Counted from the first letter of the stretch, positions 7,286-16,070 are shown. The stretch is 64,000 nucleotides of DNA from Bacteroidota bacterium (GCA_016868575.1 VGGL01000002.1:1703-65702); one strand, 5' to 3'. The notes: generated by a model not told the origin, from the sequence alone. Numbers and translations: made by a program.

Positions 7286-7411
7286 TCATATTTTTATCAC
7301 TTTGAATGCGGCTTTCCGATCCTTTGTGATGATCATCACATAATAGACTCCCTGGTGGATGACGTCGTTTGCGGGGTTTGGGAATATTATCGACTCAGCA
7401 GATGGTTGGTT
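7286..7411 (-). pseudogene. Remnant of a T9SS C-terminal sorting domain (internally deleted gene fragment)
   Basis: The tail of ORF 7286..7552 reads ...SIIFPNPANDVIHQGVYYVMIITKDRKAAFKVIKI. This keeps the PNPA motif and the terminal beta strands of a Por CTD but lacks the middle of the domain and any upstream cargo. Confidence 0.4.
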
Positions 7412-7550
7412 TTCTCCCATGATGTAAAGTGAAAAGACTATAGATAGCAGGGAATAGTGAACAGAGAAGAGTGAATAGTAATCTGGCATCCGGCAAAGGG
7501 AATGGCTTCTGTATTCAACTTTCCTTGTACCTTTACGCAAACAATCAGAC

Positions 7551-7865
7551 ATGGTTAATCCTGTTATTCATATTGATAGCGCCATCCGGACTTCAACTCT
7601 TTTTGATGCCCGGCAGATGTTTTCTTCTGAAAGATGTGAGGTCATTCATCTTTTACTCCTGCCCGGAGAGAAAATGGAATTACATGTTCAGCCTTTCGAT
7701 GTTGTTTTTTTCATTTTGGAAGGCAGTGGAACCCTGCATCTTGAATCAGAAGCTTCGGTTTTCTCAGAAAACACTTGCATTTCCATTAAGGCCGGTGTGA
7801 TGAGAGCCTGGAAAAACCACACATCGTCTCCATTGCGGTTGTTGGTTATCAAGTTATTATCCTGA
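7551..7865 (+). CDS. Cupin domain protein
   Basis: 104 aa with a cupin_2-like core (LLPGEKMELHVQPFDVVFFILEGSGTL...IKAGVMRAW). Confidence 0.7.
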   Translation: MVNPVIHIDSAIRTSTLFDARQMFSSERCEVIHLLLLPGEKMELHVQPFDVVFFILEGSGTLHLESEASVFSENTCISIKAGVMRAWKNHTSSPLRLLVIKLLS

Positions 7866-7867
7866 AC

Positions 7868-8818
7868 ATGGGCAATTTATCACCTGCGCACTGGCAGGAC
7901 TACGAAATCATTGATTCAGGTGGTCACGAGAAGCTGGAACGTTTCGGCAAATACGTATTACGTCGTCCGGAGCCACAGGCATTATGGCCGAAAGCTTTAA
8001 CGGAAGCCGAGTGGGAAAAACTTTCCGATGCCGCATTTTTTCGTACAAAGGGAAAAGAAGGAAAGCTGAGCGCCTCGGAGAGGGGGGAGTGGAAAACCCG
8101 CAGCAAGATCCCGGAACAATGGAGTATTCTTTACGATCATGATAGCCTGCGGTTGGTTTTCAACCTACGGCTCACCTCGTTTGGTCACGTCGGGATTTTC
8201 CCGGAGCAGGCGGGGAATTGGGAGTGGGTGTGTGCCAGCCCCACCCCCAGCCCCTCCCCCCTGCCCCCTCCCCTGATTGGGGAGGGGGAGAGGGGCCGGG
8301 GGAGAAGGGGAGGGGCTGGAGGGGTTCTCAATCTCTTCGCTTACACCGGTGGGTTTTCGCTTGCTGCACGTGCCGCCGGATATGATGTTGTGCATGTGGA
8401 TGCGGTGCGTAATGTGGTCAACCGGGCAAAAGAAAACATGGTTGCCAGCCACCTGGATCAGATCCACTGGATCGTGGAAGATGCCTTCAAATTCGTTCAA
8501 CGGGAAGTCCGCAGAGGTAAAAAATATACCGGAATTATCCTCGATCCCCCTGCCTATGGCCGGGGGCCGGAAGGTGAAAAATGGCTGCTCAGCGAACAGA
8601 TCGATGAAATGGTTAAGCTTTGCAGCATCCTGTTGGAACCTGAAAAGAGCTTCTTTATCCTGAATTTGTATTCCATGGGCTTTTCTGCAACCATTGCCGA
8701 AAATCTGGTTTTATCTCATTTTTCAGGGATCCGTGAGCTGACCTCAGGCGAACTTTATCTCCCTGACAGGGCTGGTCGGAAGCTCCCGCTTGGGGTATTT
8801 GTTAGGTTTCAGAGATGA
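7868..8818 (+). CDS. Class I SAM-dependent methyltransferase (RlmI-like, PUA-less type) carrying an in-frame palindromic-repeat insertion
   Basis: Motif I VLNLFAYTGGFS and IILDPPAYGRGP (motif IV-like). Residues about 124-152 (SPTPSPSPLPPPLIGEGERGRGRRGGAGG) are encoded by repeat copy B. Confidence 0.8.
   Translation: MGNLSPAHWQDYEIIDSGGHEKLERFGKYVLRRPEPQALWPKALTEAEWEKLSDAAFFRTKGKEGKLSASERGEWKTRSKIPEQWSILYDHDSLRLVFNLRLTSFGHVGIFPEQAGNWEWVCASPTPSPSPLPPPLIGEGERGRGRRGGAGGVLNLFAYTGGFSLAARAAGYDVVHVDAVRNVVNRAKENMVASHLDQIHWIVEDAFKFVQREVRRGKKYTGIILDPPAYGRGPEGEKWLLSEQIDEMVKLCSILLEPEKSFFILNLYSMGFSATIAENLVLSHFSGIRELTSGELYLPDRAGRKLPLGVFVRFQR
8239..8324. repeat. G/C-rich palindromic element, copy B (inside the methyltransferase CDS, reading frame preserved)
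   Basis: CCCCACCCCCAGCCCCTCCCCCCTGCCCCCTCCCC tgatt GGGGAGGGGGAGAGGGGCCGGGGGAGAAGGGGAGGGGCTGGAGGGG. Confidence 0.9.
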
Positions 8819-8854
8819 GGCTGATCTGAAATATCACTATTTTGAGTTTGTTTT

Positions 8855-8942
8855 GGGCTAAAGCCCTGTTTACCAACTCCTTGACTTACCCCGGCCTTAA
8901 GGCCGGGGTTATTGAAAACCATTGTTTTCCGGACTTTAGTCC
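8855..8942. repeat. Three short GC-stem/TA-loop palindromes in a row (GGGCTAAAGCCC; CCCCGGCCTTAAGGCCGGGG; GGACTTTAGTCC)
   Basis: Read directly at 8855-8866, 8889-8908 (a perfect 20-nt palindrome) and 8931-8942, between convergent genes. Confidence 0.8.
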
Positions 8943-8981
8943 AAAATAATATACTTTTTGGGGGGGACGCAGAGATAAGAT

Positions 8982-10115
8982 CTAAAAAAACAGATCACGG
9001 GCGACAGCATCGGCAAACAACAGGCCTTCATCAGAAACTTTGATAGAATTGCCTTCCCTTATCAGATACTTCAGACAATTAGTACTTTCACCCATATTTT
9101 TTATCAGATGGTCATAATAGCTGCTTCCGAAAGTATCTGAAACAACAGAAAGATCACACCCCCAACTGGTTCGCAGGGAAGTCATCACATACTCATTGTA
9201 CCGGTCGGTATCCGACAAGATCTCTTTTTCAAAGACTTCCGTCCCATTTGATATCCCCGCAATGTACTCATTTACAGAAGCCTTGTTCCATTGCCGGGAG
9301 ACGCCGTTGTATGAATGGGCAGATGGCCCCAATCCCAGGTAGTTCACAGCTTTCCAGTATGATGTATTGTGTCTGGACTGAAATCCGGGAAGGCAGTAGC
9401 TTGACACTTCATAGTGTTCAAAAGCATAATCGGTGAGCTGACGACGAATAAGCTCAAATTGTTCAGCAGTGTGGCTCTCTTCCGGAGTTTGTTTATTGCC
9501 AGATTGGATCATTCTATCGAGTACAGTGCAAGATTCCACGGTCAACGCATAGGCAGAAATATGCGGGATCTGCAAAGTGAGGAGGATGTCGAGATTTTCT
9601 TCCAGCTTGCTGTTGCTGAGGGTGGGAATTCCAAAGATCAGGTCAACACTCAGGTTATAAATCCCACAGTGCTGTGCTTTCTCAATGGCTTGTACGGCAT
9701 CCTTCCCGCGGTGCATCCTACCCAGATACGACAGGTCTTCATCTTGAAAACTCTGGATTCCGATGCTCACCCGGTTGATGTCGGTGCAGATGGAAGAAGG
9801 TGGCTGAAATTCACCGGAGATCAGGTCGTCCGGATTGGCTTCAAGGGTGATCTCCGCATCCCTGGAAATATGAAAATGGTGATTGATCGATTCGAGAATC
9901 TTGCTGATTTCGCTTTGTTTAAGCAAAGTCGGTGTTCCCCCGCCAAAATAGATCGTATCAATGGGATCATGATCGAGATAGTCTTTCCGGAGAACCATCT
10001 CTTTGTTCAAGGCAACCAGAAAGTCTTCCTTGTGCCGGAGTCCGGCAATTGAATAGAAGTTACAGTAGTGGCATTTCTTCCTGCAGAAAGGGATATGTAT
10101 GTAGATTCCTGCCAT
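8982..10115 (-). CDS. hemW: Radical SAM heme chaperone HemW (coproporphyrinogen III oxidase-like)
   Basis: N-terminal IHIPFCRKKCHYCNF (CxxxCxxC radical SAM motif). 377 aa with HemN-like architecture lacking the HemN N-terminal extension. Confidence 0.85.
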   Translation of the reverse strand: MAGIYIHIPFCRKKCHYCNFYSIAGLRHKEDFLVALNKEMVLRKDYLDHDPIDTIYFGGGTPTLLKQSEISKILESINHHFHISRDAEITLEANPDDLISGEFQPPSSICTDINRVSIGIQSFQDEDLSYLGRMHRGKDAVQAIEKAQHCGIYNLSVDLIFGIPTLSNSKLEENLDILLTLQIPHISAYALTVESCTVLDRMIQSGNKQTPEESHTAEQFELIRRQLTDYAFEHYEVSSYCLPGFQSRHNTSYWKAVNYLGLGPSAHSYNGVSRQWNKASVNEYIAGISNGTEVFEKEILSDTDRYNEYVMTSLRTSWGCDLSVVSDTFGSSYYDHLIKNMGESTNCLKYLIREGNSIKVSDEGLLFADAVARDLFF

Positions 10116-10117
10116 GA

Positions 10118-11626
10118 TCAGGCTTTTCTCAAAATGATCCGGATGGTTGTACCTTTGTTCAACACAGAGGATTTGACGAAGATCTTCCCGTTATGATAGT
10201 TCTCAATGATCCGTTTCGAAAGGGTCAAACCCAGTCCCCATCCTCTTTGTTTACTGGTAAATCCCGGGTGGAAAATAGTTCTGAATTTAGATTTTGGGAT
10301 GCCTTTTCCGGTATCTGTCACATCAATCCAGATTTGCCGGTTTTCTTCGCCCAGCTGGATATCCACTGTTCCTTGCCCATCCATGGCATCGACGGCGTTC
10401 TTGCAAAGGTTTTCGATGACCCAGGAGAAAAGATGCCGGTTGATGGGGATTTTGATCTCCGCATCAGCAGGTTTGTTGATGATGAAATCCACTTTGGAAG
10501 AGGTGCGAGAACGGATATAGGTGATCGTATCGTAGATGATTGCCACCAGGTTTTCTTCGCCAAGCCGGGAAGCAGAGCCAATCTTCGAAAACCGGTCGGT
10601 AATGGTTTGCAGCCGGTCAATATCTTTTCCAAGTTCATCCACGATCTCCGGGTCAAGGCCTTTCATCTTGAACAATTCTATCCAGGCGATCATCGAAGAA
10701 AGCGGTGTTCCCAGCTGATGGGCTGTTTCCTTGGCCAAGCCGACCCAGACCTGGTTTTGTTCCGATCGCCGAGCCGTGCTGAAAAGAAGATAGGCGATAA
10801 ACAGGAAAATGCCAATGATACCCAGTTGGAAATAAGGATAGTACTGCAGTTGTGTCAGAAGGAAGGAATCCTTGTAATAAATATATCGTACGCCCTGGTT
10901 GGAGAGTTGCACACGGATGGGGGTGTTTTGCGTTTTCATGTGTGCCAGAATCCTGGCGACATTCGCTGTATCCTGCATTTGCTCTTCCTCCAGGTTGCCG
11001 TATTCCAGGACTTTCTTTCCTGTGCTGTCGGTAATGATAACGGGAACGGAAGCCGAGTTGACGACGATCTCTGAAAAAAATGAACTCAACAGGTCATCCA
11101 TCACTTTTTTCAACTCTGAAAAGATGCGGGAATCTTTGTAGTAGAGATGGATTTTCTTACTTCCGTAATAGTTGACAATGATCGGATTGTAGGCAGAAAA
11201 CTCCTGGATCAATGCACCGGTAAGATACTTCACAGAATCGAGGCTAAAATCAACATTCCGGGCATTGATGATGCGGTGGTCTTCATCCACCTGGATCACC
11301 GGAATGGTGGTATTGTCGGCAATGATCGACAGGTAGAAGTTGAGATCCTCATTGTTGGTGGCGGTGATGATCCGTCTCTGCGCCTGGGCAAGGAGGCTGA
11401 CCCTTTTTCGTTCTTCAGACTGCAACTGGGAGAAGAGCCGGTCGGTGTAGTTCACCAGATTGGCTTTCCGGGTAATGGCATCCGCCCAAATCCGGATGTT
11501 TTTGATCTGCTCCTGCCGGATCTCGTTAACCAGGATATTGGAATACCAGAGCGACACCCCAACAATCAGCAGGGCCACCGCGAAGAGGATCCATTTCCAC
11601 CGTTTTTTCCTGATGTAAATATCCAC
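10118..11626 (-). CDS. Membrane sensor histidine kinase
   Basis: Two TM segments flank a periplasmic domain of about 230 aa. H-box ETAHQLGTPLSSM and C-terminal HATPase motifs (NAVDA, DTGKGI, GWGLGL). Confidence 0.85.
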   Translation of the reverse strand: MDIYIRKKRWKWILFAVALLIVGVSLWYSNILVNEIRQEQIKNIRIWADAITRKANLVNYTDRLFSQLQSEERKRVSLLAQAQRRIITATNNEDLNFYLSIIADNTTIPVIQVDEDHRIINARNVDFSLDSVKYLTGALIQEFSAYNPIIVNYYGSKKIHLYYKDSRIFSELKKVMDDLLSSFFSEIVVNSASVPVIITDSTGKKVLEYGNLEEEQMQDTANVARILAHMKTQNTPIRVQLSNQGVRYIYYKDSFLLTQLQYYPYFQLGIIGIFLFIAYLLFSTARRSEQNQVWVGLAKETAHQLGTPLSSMIAWIELFKMKGLDPEIVDELGKDIDRLQTITDRFSKIGSASRLGEENLVAIIYDTITYIRSRTSSKVDFIINKPADAEIKIPINRHLFSWVIENLCKNAVDAMDGQGTVDIQLGEENRQIWIDVTDTGKGIPKSKFRTIFHPGFTSKQRGWGLGLTLSKRIIENYHNGKIFVKSSVLNKGTTIRIILRKA

Positions 11627-11773
11627 TCAATAACCTGAAAAGAAGGGTAAAAGTATATGAAAAACGGATACCGGGGGAATATATTGCATCGGGCTCAATA
11701 TTTCGTGATGCGTGACGGGTGGTCGGATTATTGTATTTTCGCATTTCAGACTTTACCCTTCGCATTTGAACCC

Positions 11774-12532
11774 ATGTGTGCCGAGACAACCAGGAAGATC
11801 ATGCTGGAGATCTGTGCCAACGGATTACAATCTGCTATCCATGCCAGGGATGGCGGTGCAGATCGCATAGAACTTTGTGAAAACCTTCCGCTCGGAGGCA
11901 CAACGCCTTCGCATGGCACGATCGTCCTGGGCCGCCAGCAACTTGACATTCCCATACATGTGTTGGTCCGCCCAAGGCCGGGAAATTTCTGCTATTCTTG
12001 GGAAGAAAAAGAAGTCCTTCTTGAAGATATCCGGTTTTGCCGGGATCAAGGTGTTTCCGGGGTGGTGGTGGGAGCACTAACGCCCGACAACAAGATAGAT
12101 ACGGCGTTTTGCAGAGATATGATCGGGGTCGCACGCCCCTTATCGGTTACCTTTCACCGGGCATTTGATTTTACCGATCATCCCTTCGAGGCAATGGAGG
12201 CCCTGATCAGCCTGGGTTTTAATAGGATCTTAACTTCCGGACAAAAACCCTCAGCGCTTGAAGGCAAGATTTTGATCAGGGAGCTCCATCAGGCAGCCGC
12301 GGGCCGGATCATCCTCCTGCCGGGCGGCGGAATAAATGAGGATAACATCCTGGAACTAATCCGGTTTACCGGCGTAAACGAGGTGCATCTGTCGGCCGGG
12401 AAGTATATTCCGGGAACCAACTATTCTACCGATACTCCTGTTTCATTGACAATGGCAACATCCGGAGAAGAAGGCATCTTTGTGACGGACACGGAGCGGG
12501 TGAAGCGGGTGGTTGATGTGCTGATGTGCTGA
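11774..12532 (+). CDS. cutC: Copper homeostasis protein CutC
   Basis: MLEICANGLQSAIHARDGGADRIELCENLPLGGTTPS matches the CutC N-terminus. Start is ambiguous: 11774 is the first ATG after a TATTTTCG box at 11734, and the alternative is 11801. The listed ORF start at 11657 is unlikely. Confidence 0.8.
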   Translation: MCAETTRKIMLEICANGLQSAIHARDGGADRIELCENLPLGGTTPSHGTIVLGRQQLDIPIHVLVRPRPGNFCYSWEEKEVLLEDIRFCRDQGVSGVVVGALTPDNKIDTAFCRDMIGVARPLSVTFHRAFDFTDHPFEAMEALISLGFNRILTSGQKPSALEGKILIRELHQAAAGRIILLPGGGINEDNILELIRFTGVNEVHLSAGKYIPGTNYSTDTPVSLTMATSGEEGIFVTDTERVKRVVDVLMC

Positions 12533-12548
12533 TGAGTGTAATCTGTTT

Positions 12549-12579
12549 GGGGGGGGTGTTATCGAGAAATCGGGGGGGG
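12549..12579 (+). repeat. Two G8 homopolymer tracts 15 nt apart
   Basis: G8 at 12549-12556 and G8 at 12572-12579, upstream of the S9 peptidase promoter box. Confidence 0.9.
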
Positions 12580-12614
12580 TCACAGAAAATTCATCGGAAA
12601 CCTGCCGGATTTTC

Positions 12615-12622
12615 TACCTTTG
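12615..12622 (+). promoter_or_regulatory. -7 promoter box TACCTTTG
   Basis: Exact TAnnTTTG, 43 nt upstream of the ATG at 12666. Confidence 0.45.
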
Positions 12623-12665
12623 TGCTCCGAAATAACCATATAATCAATTCTTTAATCCAATAACC

Positions 12666-14570
12666 ATGAAACAGTTTGCAGTAATTATGATGATCCTACT
12701 TGGCATGATCGGCCATTCGGGCTGTAAAGACAACAAGCCTGAAGCCGCCAAACAACTTCCTTTGGAAGACTTCTTTAAAAACCCGGAAAGGACAAGATTT
12801 CAAATCTCTCCCGACGGGAAATACTATTCCTACCTTGCTCCTTTCGAAAGCCGGATGAATATCTTCGTCCAGGAGATCGGCAAGGATAGCGCCATCCAGC
12901 TCACCGGCGAAACCGACCGCGACATTGCAGGGTACTTCTGGAAAAACAATACCCGTATCCTCTTCCTGAAAGATACCGGCGGAGATGAAAACTTCCGGCT
13001 CTATGGCGTAGATGTGGACGGGAAAAACCTGATGTGCTTTACTGACTTCCCGGAGGTTAGAACAGAGATCATTGATGATCTTCAAGACATTGACAATGAA
13101 GTGATCATTGGCTTGAACAAGCGTAATCGGCAGGTATTTGATCCTTACCGGCTCGACATCACCACCGGCAAGATGACCATGCTGGCAGAAAACCCCGGTG
13201 ACGTGAGTGGCTGGCTCCTTGACCATGATGGCAAACTCCGCGTGGCCATGGCCGTTGCGGGGGTAGATGCTGAAATCCGGTATCGCGAGAAAGAAACCGA
13301 TCCTTTTAAAACAGTGCTTCGCACCAGCTTCAAGGAAACCGTCAACCCGGTTTTCTTCACCTTCGACAACCAAAATGTGTATGCTGTTTCTAACCTCGGC
13401 AGGGACAAGGCGGCTATTGTCATTTTTGATATTAAGAATGGTAAAGAGATAGAGAAGCTATATGAGAATCCCGATTATGATGTTGAAGGTCTTTACTATT
13501 CCAATAAGCGGAAGGTACTCACCTCTGCCGGTTATACTTCCTGGAAACGGGAAAGAAAGTTCTTTGATGAAGAGATCAAAGGGATCTTTACCCGCATCCA
13601 GAAAGAACTTCCCGATTATGAGATTTCCATTGGTGCCATTACAAAAGAAGAAGACAAGTTTATTGTCCGTACTTACAGCGATCGTTCCCTTGGCGCATAT
13701 TACCTCTATGACAAGAACACCGACAAGATGGAAAAGATCTCCGACGTCAGTCCCTGGTTGGAAGAATCGAACATGGGTCAACAATTCCCCATCGAGTACA
13801 AATCCCGCGATGGTTTAACCATCCATGGATATCTGACCCTTCCGAAGGGATACACCGTTGAGACCGCCGGCGATCTTCCGGTGGTTGTTAATCCTCATGG
13901 CGGACCCTGGGCTCGCGACTCCTGGGGATTCAATCCCGAAGTTCAGTTCCTGGCTAACCGTGGATACGCGATCTTCCAACCCAACTTCCGCGGATCTACC
14001 GGTTATGGTCGTGCTTTCTGGGAAGTTTCTTTCAAACAGTGGGGTAAAACCATGCAGGAAGACATCACCGATGGCGTTAACTGGCTGATATCACAAGGCA
14101 TCGCCGATAAAGACCGCATCGCGATCTATGGTGGCAGCTATGGTGGTTATGCCACCCTGATGGGACTGGTGAAAGATCCCGAGTTGTATGCAGCCGGAGT
14201 GGATTATGTAGGCGTTTCGAATCTTTTCACCTTCATGCAAACCATCCCGCCTTACTGGAAACCTTACCTGGATATGATGTACGAGATGGTTGGCGATCCT
14301 TCAAAAGACAGTCTCCTGATGGCCGAGAATTCACCTGCACTGCAGGCTGAAAAGATCGTTCGTCCGCTCTTCATCGCCCAGGGCGCCAATGATCCCCGCG
14401 TGAACAAGGCTGAATCAGACCAGATGGTTGAAGCCCTGAAAAAGCGTGGTATCACTGTTGAATACCTGGTGAAGGATAACGAAGGTCACGGATTCCATAA
14501 CGAAGAGAACCGTTTCGACTTCTACCGCGCCATGGAGAAATTCCTTGGCCAGCACCTGGCAGAGAAATAA
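12666..14570 (+). CDS. S9 family serine peptidase (prolyl oligopeptidase/dipeptidyl aminopeptidase type), secreted
   Basis: Signal/lipobox-like N-terminus (GHSGC), N-terminal beta-propeller-like region, GGSYGGY nucleophile motif, and downstream Asp (ANDPRV) and His (EGHGF). Confidence 0.9.
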   Translation: MKQFAVIMMILLGMIGHSGCKDNKPEAAKQLPLEDFFKNPERTRFQISPDGKYYSYLAPFESRMNIFVQEIGKDSAIQLTGETDRDIAGYFWKNNTRILFLKDTGGDENFRLYGVDVDGKNLMCFTDFPEVRTEIIDDLQDIDNEVIIGLNKRNRQVFDPYRLDITTGKMTMLAENPGDVSGWLLDHDGKLRVAMAVAGVDAEIRYREKETDPFKTVLRTSFKETVNPVFFTFDNQNVYAVSNLGRDKAAIVIFDIKNGKEIEKLYENPDYDVEGLYYSNKRKVLTSAGYTSWKRERKFFDEEIKGIFTRIQKELPDYEISIGAITKEEDKFIVRTYSDRSLGAYYLYDKNTDKMEKISDVSPWLEESNMGQQFPIEYKSRDGLTIHGYLTLPKGYTVETAGDLPVVVNPHGGPWARDSWGFNPEVQFLANRGYAIFQPNFRGSTGYGRAFWEVSFKQWGKTMQEDITDGVNWLISQGIADKDRIAIYGGSYGGYATLMGLVKDPELYAAGVDYVGVSNLFTFMQTIPPYWKPYLDMMYEMVGDPSKDSLLMAENSPALQAEKIVRPLFIAQGANDPRVNKAESDQMVEALKKRGITVEYLVKDNEGHGFHNEENRFDFYRAMEKFLGQHLAEK

Positions 14571-14616
14571 TTGAAGCTCCACGCCTCGTTGAGGGTGACT
14601 CAAAAGAGCAATTTCA

Positions 14617-14691
14617 CCGCCGAGACACGGAGACGCAGAGAAAAGTTGTTCTGATTATCAATTCTTAGCGCCTTAGCGCCTCAGCGGTTTT
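14617..14691 (+). terminator. Octamer-built imperfect inverted repeat followed by TTTT (same family as 4804)
   Basis: Left arm CCGCCGAGACACGGAGACGCAGAGAA. Right arm TTCTTAGCGCCTTAGCGCCTCAGCGG, then TTTT. About 18 of 26 positions are Watson-Crick plus 2 wobbles. Confidence 0.45.
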
Positions 14692-14711
14692 ATTATAAAA
14701 CATCACTTCGG

Positions 14712-14793
14712 TTGTTTCGCGATATTCTCAAAGGTGTCGGTCGTAACCTAAAGGATGACGGAAAAAAGAAAGGTGGCCTCAAAGTTCATATGC
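14712..14793 (+). mobile_element. Possible short remnant of an IS4-family transposase gene
   Basis: Translation FRDILKGVGRNLKDDGKKKGGLKVHMLSDA resembles, from memory, the GKKKGG(I/L)KVH segment preceding the first catalytic Asp of Bacteroidota IS4-type transposases. Only about 30 codons remain and no inverted repeats are seen. Confidence 0.3.
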
Positions 14794-15933
14794 TCAGTGA
14801 TGCTGACTCCCCTTTGCGGCACGTTCCAGACATTGCCAGAGTTTGTCTGCTGTTTTCTCCCATGAGAATTTCTGCCTCTGTTGTCTGCCGGCATCAATAA
14901 GTTTATCTCTGAAAACCGGATCATCGGTGAGTTTTGTCATAGCGACCGCAATGGAATCAACCGAAAAAGGGTCGACCAGCAGGGCTGCCTCGCCGGCCAC
15001 TTCGGGCATGGAAGTGATGTTTGAGGTTATAACGGGGGTATCGCAGTAAAATGCCTCAAGGATTGGGATTCCGAAGCCCTCGAAATAGGAAACATAGGTG
15101 AGCGCCAGCGCCGACGACATAAGTGCTGCCAGTTCTTCGTCCGAAACACGGCCGGTGAAAATAACATCATCCCTGTGATTCATTGTTTCATACGCAAGCC
15201 TGATCTCCTCGGTCCACCACATTTTCGCACCGGCCATAACCAGTTTTATGCCTTTGGAATCGTTTTCCTTAAACAAGTCGAATGATCGGAACAGGTTGAC
15301 GAGATTTTTACGCGGGTGCAGGGTGCCGATGAAGAAAAAATAGTCTGATCCCCGGCTGTATTTCTGCCTTACCTGCTTTTTGCTTTCTTCATCCAGCGGA
15401 GCAAAGATTTGCCCGGCGCCATTGTAAACCACATCGATTTTTGAAGGATTAATCCGGTAGGTTTTGGCAATATCAGCCTTTGAGTATTCCGAAACGGTTG
15501 CAATTCTCGTGGCTTTCAGGGCGAAGCGCGGATACATCCGTGTAAAATACTGCTTAACCACCCAGGGGAGATCTTCAGGGTGGTGCTCGAAATTCAGGTC
15601 ATGAATGACGCCAACCTGTTTTACAGGGCTGGACAGCGAAAGGTATCCTTCGGGCGACAGAAACAAATCGGGCTTCGAACGCCTGAAATGCCATGGCAGG
15701 GATACCTCGAACCAACCCAGGAACAGCAGGGGATGCCTTGCCGGCGGACCTATGACTACGGGTGTGATGTTGGAGTTATAGATGAACTGCGGATCGAATT
15801 TGCGGTCGAAGTAAAAGATAAACTGGTGTTCCGGATGCCGGGAGGTAATGATTCGCAGCGTTTCATCGGCAAACCGGCCGATCCCGTCGAGCCGGCCGGA
15901 CAGCAATAACCTGGTATTGACTGCGATTTTCAT
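14794..15933 (-). CDS. Glycosyltransferase family 4 (GT-B, GT1/GT4 type)
   Basis: 379 aa with C-terminal EGFGIPILEA motif and typical GT4 architecture. Confidence 0.85.
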   Translation of the reverse strand: MKIAVNTRLLLSGRLDGIGRFADETLRIITSRHPEHQFIFYFDRKFDPQFIYNSNITPVVIGPPARHPLLFLGWFEVSLPWHFRRSKPDLFLSPEGYLSLSSPVKQVGVIHDLNFEHHPEDLPWVVKQYFTRMYPRFALKATRIATVSEYSKADIAKTYRINPSKIDVVYNGAGQIFAPLDEESKKQVRQKYSRGSDYFFFIGTLHPRKNLVNLFRSFDLFKENDSKGIKLVMAGAKMWWTEEIRLAYETMNHRDDVIFTGRVSDEELAALMSSALALTYVSYFEGFGIPILEAFYCDTPVITSNITSMPEVAGEAALLVDPFSVDSIAVAMTKLTDDPVFRDKLIDAGRQQRQKFSWEKTADKLWQCLERAAKGSQHH

Positions 15934-15970
15934 CCTGGGTTGCCCGGTCTGGTGTTTAACATTAGTTACG

Positions 15971-15978
15971 CAAATCTA
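15971..15978 (-). promoter_or_regulatory. -7 promoter box TAGATTTG for the GT4 gene
   Basis: The reverse complement of caaatcta matches TAnnTTTG exactly, 38 nt upstream of the start at 15933. Confidence 0.4.
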
Positions 15979-16070
15979 TGAAATTAATTGTATGCTGAGC
16001 CCGGCCGGGGATCATTTTCTTCGCACCGACATGAGCCGGGGATTCAACTCGCGTTATCTCCAAATAGTTG

